Shown here: piece after piece, positions 62,072 through 64,000 of the stretch | Numbering within the stretch: position 1 is the stretch's first letter | How the letters are laid out: each line of letters starts with the position of its first letter | Source of the DNA: Microcoleus sp. | GTDB taxonomy: Bacteria; Cyanobacteriota; Cyanobacteriia; Cyanobacteriales; Microcoleaceae | Assembly: GCA_052279835.1 (NCBI GenBank) | Contig: CP181291.1 | Location: forward strand, 1,152,001 to 1,216,000 | Direction: 5' to 3' | Length of the DNA: 64,000 nucleotides | The notes under the pieces: generated by a model | The model's database searches: none | What the model saw: only the letters and a program-made list of their open reading frames with translations | Told to the model about the DNA's origin: nothing | Program-made: the position numbers and the translations under genes

Positions 62072-62425
62072 GATTTTTGCCCTCCCTTATGGGATTTTAG
62101 ATTTGAGATTTGGGATTGCTGTTGTTTGACAACGATCGGGTTGGGAAATCTGCCTACAGTGGCATTTTTTTTAACTGGTCTTAATCACGGATTCGTGCTG
62201 TCCTTAATTCTACTACTTGGTGCGGGGCGATGGCGGGGAGCCGCCCTAGCTAGGACTGTCAACGCTTGGCCGCAAGTGGAAATATGGCACAGAAACTTCC
62301 CCCAGAGCCTTTAAGCTGATAAGTGGACATCTGGTAAAAAGCTAGTCTTGGGTGGGCCCAATGCCTATCCCACAAGAGTTTTTGGAGATGTCTCATGACT
62401 AATGACTATTGACTATTGACTCATT

Positions 62426-63508
62426 ATGTTTGATGTTGCGGTGATTGGTGCTGGTATGGCGGGGCTGAGTTGCGCTCAACAGTTGCGTCTGGCTGGTTAT
62501 TCTGTGGTGGTTGTGGAAAAATCTCGCGGTGTGGGCGGCAGAGTTGCTACTCGCCGTGTTAACGGTACTAGGGCCGATCATGGGGCTCGCTATCTGGAAT
62601 CCCAGGGGGATGCGGTGCAGGGGTTAATTGATGTTTTGGTCGATCGCGATATCCTGAAACTGTGGACTGATACTGTTGGGGAATTCCGAGAGGGAGAAAA
62701 TGGAGTCGGGGGAGAGGTTTTTTCGATTCCTAGGGACTGTTATGTTGCGCCTGCTGGAATGAATGCTGTCGGTAAGTACCTGGCTGAGGGTTTAGAAATT
62801 TGGTCAGGGCGTCGCGTAGAAGCTATTTCTACTACAGATAACCAAAGGTGGCATCTTTCTCTGGAAGTTACTGATGACAATTTTAACAAGCCTCAAGAAT
62901 TGATTGCTCAGGCGATCGTAGTAGCAATTCCTGCACCCCAAGCTTTACTGTTTTTAAAGGCAGACCTGGGATTTTCGCCAGATTTTCTTGACAAATTGCA
63001 CTCGGTTAATTATGACGCTTGCATTACGGTTATGGCTGGCTATTGTGCGGAACGCGAACCTGATTTGAGTAATCTAAATTACCCGTGGAAAACTGTTGAT
63101 TTTCCAGGTAATTCTGATTTAGCTTGGATTGGTTTTGATAGTAGCAAGCGACTGGAATCGCCTCAGCCTGTGTTTGTGGTTCACAGTAGTCCAAGTTTTG
63201 CCGATCGCTATTTTGAGGCGAAGGATTTGCCTAGTGTGGGTCAACAATTGCTCGATCGCACTTCTGAATATTTGATGCCTTGGCTAAAAGATCCTGAATG
63301 GTTGCAGGTGCACCGTTGGCGCTATGCTTTTTGTCGAAATCCTTTGCCTGTTTCTTGTTTGGCTGCTGAGGGAACTTTGCCCTTAGTTTGTGCGGGAGAT
63401 TTGTGCGGGGAAAATCAAATCGAAGGTGCTTTGCGATCTGGTTTTGCCGCCGCTAATTGGGTCAAATCAATGATTAATCAGATAAAAGTCGATCGCGGGC
63501 AAGAGTAA
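62426..63508 (+). CDS. NAD(P)/FAD-dependent oxidoreductase (renalase-like)
   Basis: VIGAGMAGL, EKSRGVGGRVATRR, DHGA, HRWRYA, EGA.RSG. Confidence 0.88.
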   Translation: MFDVAVIGAGMAGLSCAQQLRLAGYSVVVVEKSRGVGGRVATRRVNGTRADHGARYLESQGDAVQGLIDVLVDRDILKLWTDTVGEFREGENGVGGEVFSIPRDCYVAPAGMNAVGKYLAEGLEIWSGRRVEAISTTDNQRWHLSLEVTDDNFNKPQELIAQAIVVAIPAPQALLFLKADLGFSPDFLDKLHSVNYDACITVMAGYCAEREPDLSNLNYPWKTVDFPGNSDLAWIGFDSSKRLESPQPVFVVHSSPSFADRYFEAKDLPSVGQQLLDRTSEYLMPWLKDPEWLQVHRWRYAFCRNPLPVSCLAAEGTLPLVCAGDLCGENQIEGALRSGFAAANWVKSMINQIKVDRGQE

Positions 63509-64000
63509 AGTCACAAAATAGTAAACTAACGGTGCTGTAAAAACATAACTGTCAGTGCGATCGAGAATGCCACCGTGACCGGGGATCAACTGCCCCGAAT
63601 CCTTAACACCGGCATCTCGTTTCATCATCGACTCAGTTAAATCCCCCAACAAACTGGCAACACCAATCAACAGACCAAAAGCAGCCCCAGTATAGGGCCA
63701 GCCAGGCCAATTCAAATACCAAGACCCGGTGGCGGCAACTGCTATACTGCCACAAACTCCAAACACGGCACCTTCAACCGTCTTTTTCGGGCTGATGTGG
63801 GAGAGGGTAGTGCGGCCGAAGAATTTGCCGACAAAATAAGCGCCAATGTCCGCGGCCCAGATGCAAAGGAAAGCCAGAAGTAGGGAAGTTAGTCCCAAGG
63901 AGATATGACTGATATTGATCCAAGACTGGGGATAAATGTGAGTTAGGGAATTGCTGGCGACTGCTTGGCCAAATCCAGTTGTAGCTTGATAAACTGGGTC
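63467..64000 (-). CDS. cdsA: Phosphatidate cytidylyltransferase (partial; 5' end outside the window)
   Basis: ISPKKTVEG, GDLTESMMKRDAGVKDSG..IPGHGGILDRTDS. Confidence 0.95.
   Translation of the reverse strand, partial: DPVYQATTGFGQAVASNSLTHIYPQSWINISHISLGLTSLLLAFLCIWAADIGAYFVGKFFGRTTLSHISPKKTVEGAVFGVCGSIAVAATGSWYLNWPGWPYTGAAFGLLIGVASLLGDLTESMMKRDAGVKDSGQLIPGHGGILDRTDSYVFTAPLVYYFVTLLLPAIDFYLINH

Overview
A 64-kb chromosomal window from a filamentous cyanobacterium. GCGATCGC (HIP1) sites are abundant, psaC and acsF are present, and the heptamer and MITE-like repeats suggest Oscillatoriales/Microcoleus. Housekeeping genes include purB, livG/livF, cobN, queA, rpmF, acsF, fabF-acpP, an hdrB-like gene, psaC, glmS and cdsA. 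There are three accessory blocks. (1) A ~6.6-kb toxin-antitoxin/defence array upstream of purB (6.1-12.8 kb) holds a HipA-like kinase plus HIRAN protein, DUF2281-vapC, an RHH gene plus a 2-TM pseudogene, two hicAB pairs plus remnants, and an orphan C5 DNA methyltransferase. It is punctuated by degenerate copies of the purB promoter and 5' end, with no integrase nearby. (2) A glycosyltransferase cluster joins a type I secretion operon (PpiC-HlyB-HlyD) whose HlyD carries Cys-rich insertions (12.8-25.8 kb). (3) Scattered repeat-domain and STAND proteins include a broken LRR/TPR-CHAT gene, a TPR protein, tandem Uma2 genes, a membrane-anchored HEAT-NACHT protein and a NACHT-TM protein. Several families of small mobile repeats are nested inside each other, and some are inserted in-frame in cobN and in an O-antigen-ligase gene. 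No CRISPR array, rRNA or tRNA was recognised. All family assignments come from motif recognition by eye; no database searches were run.
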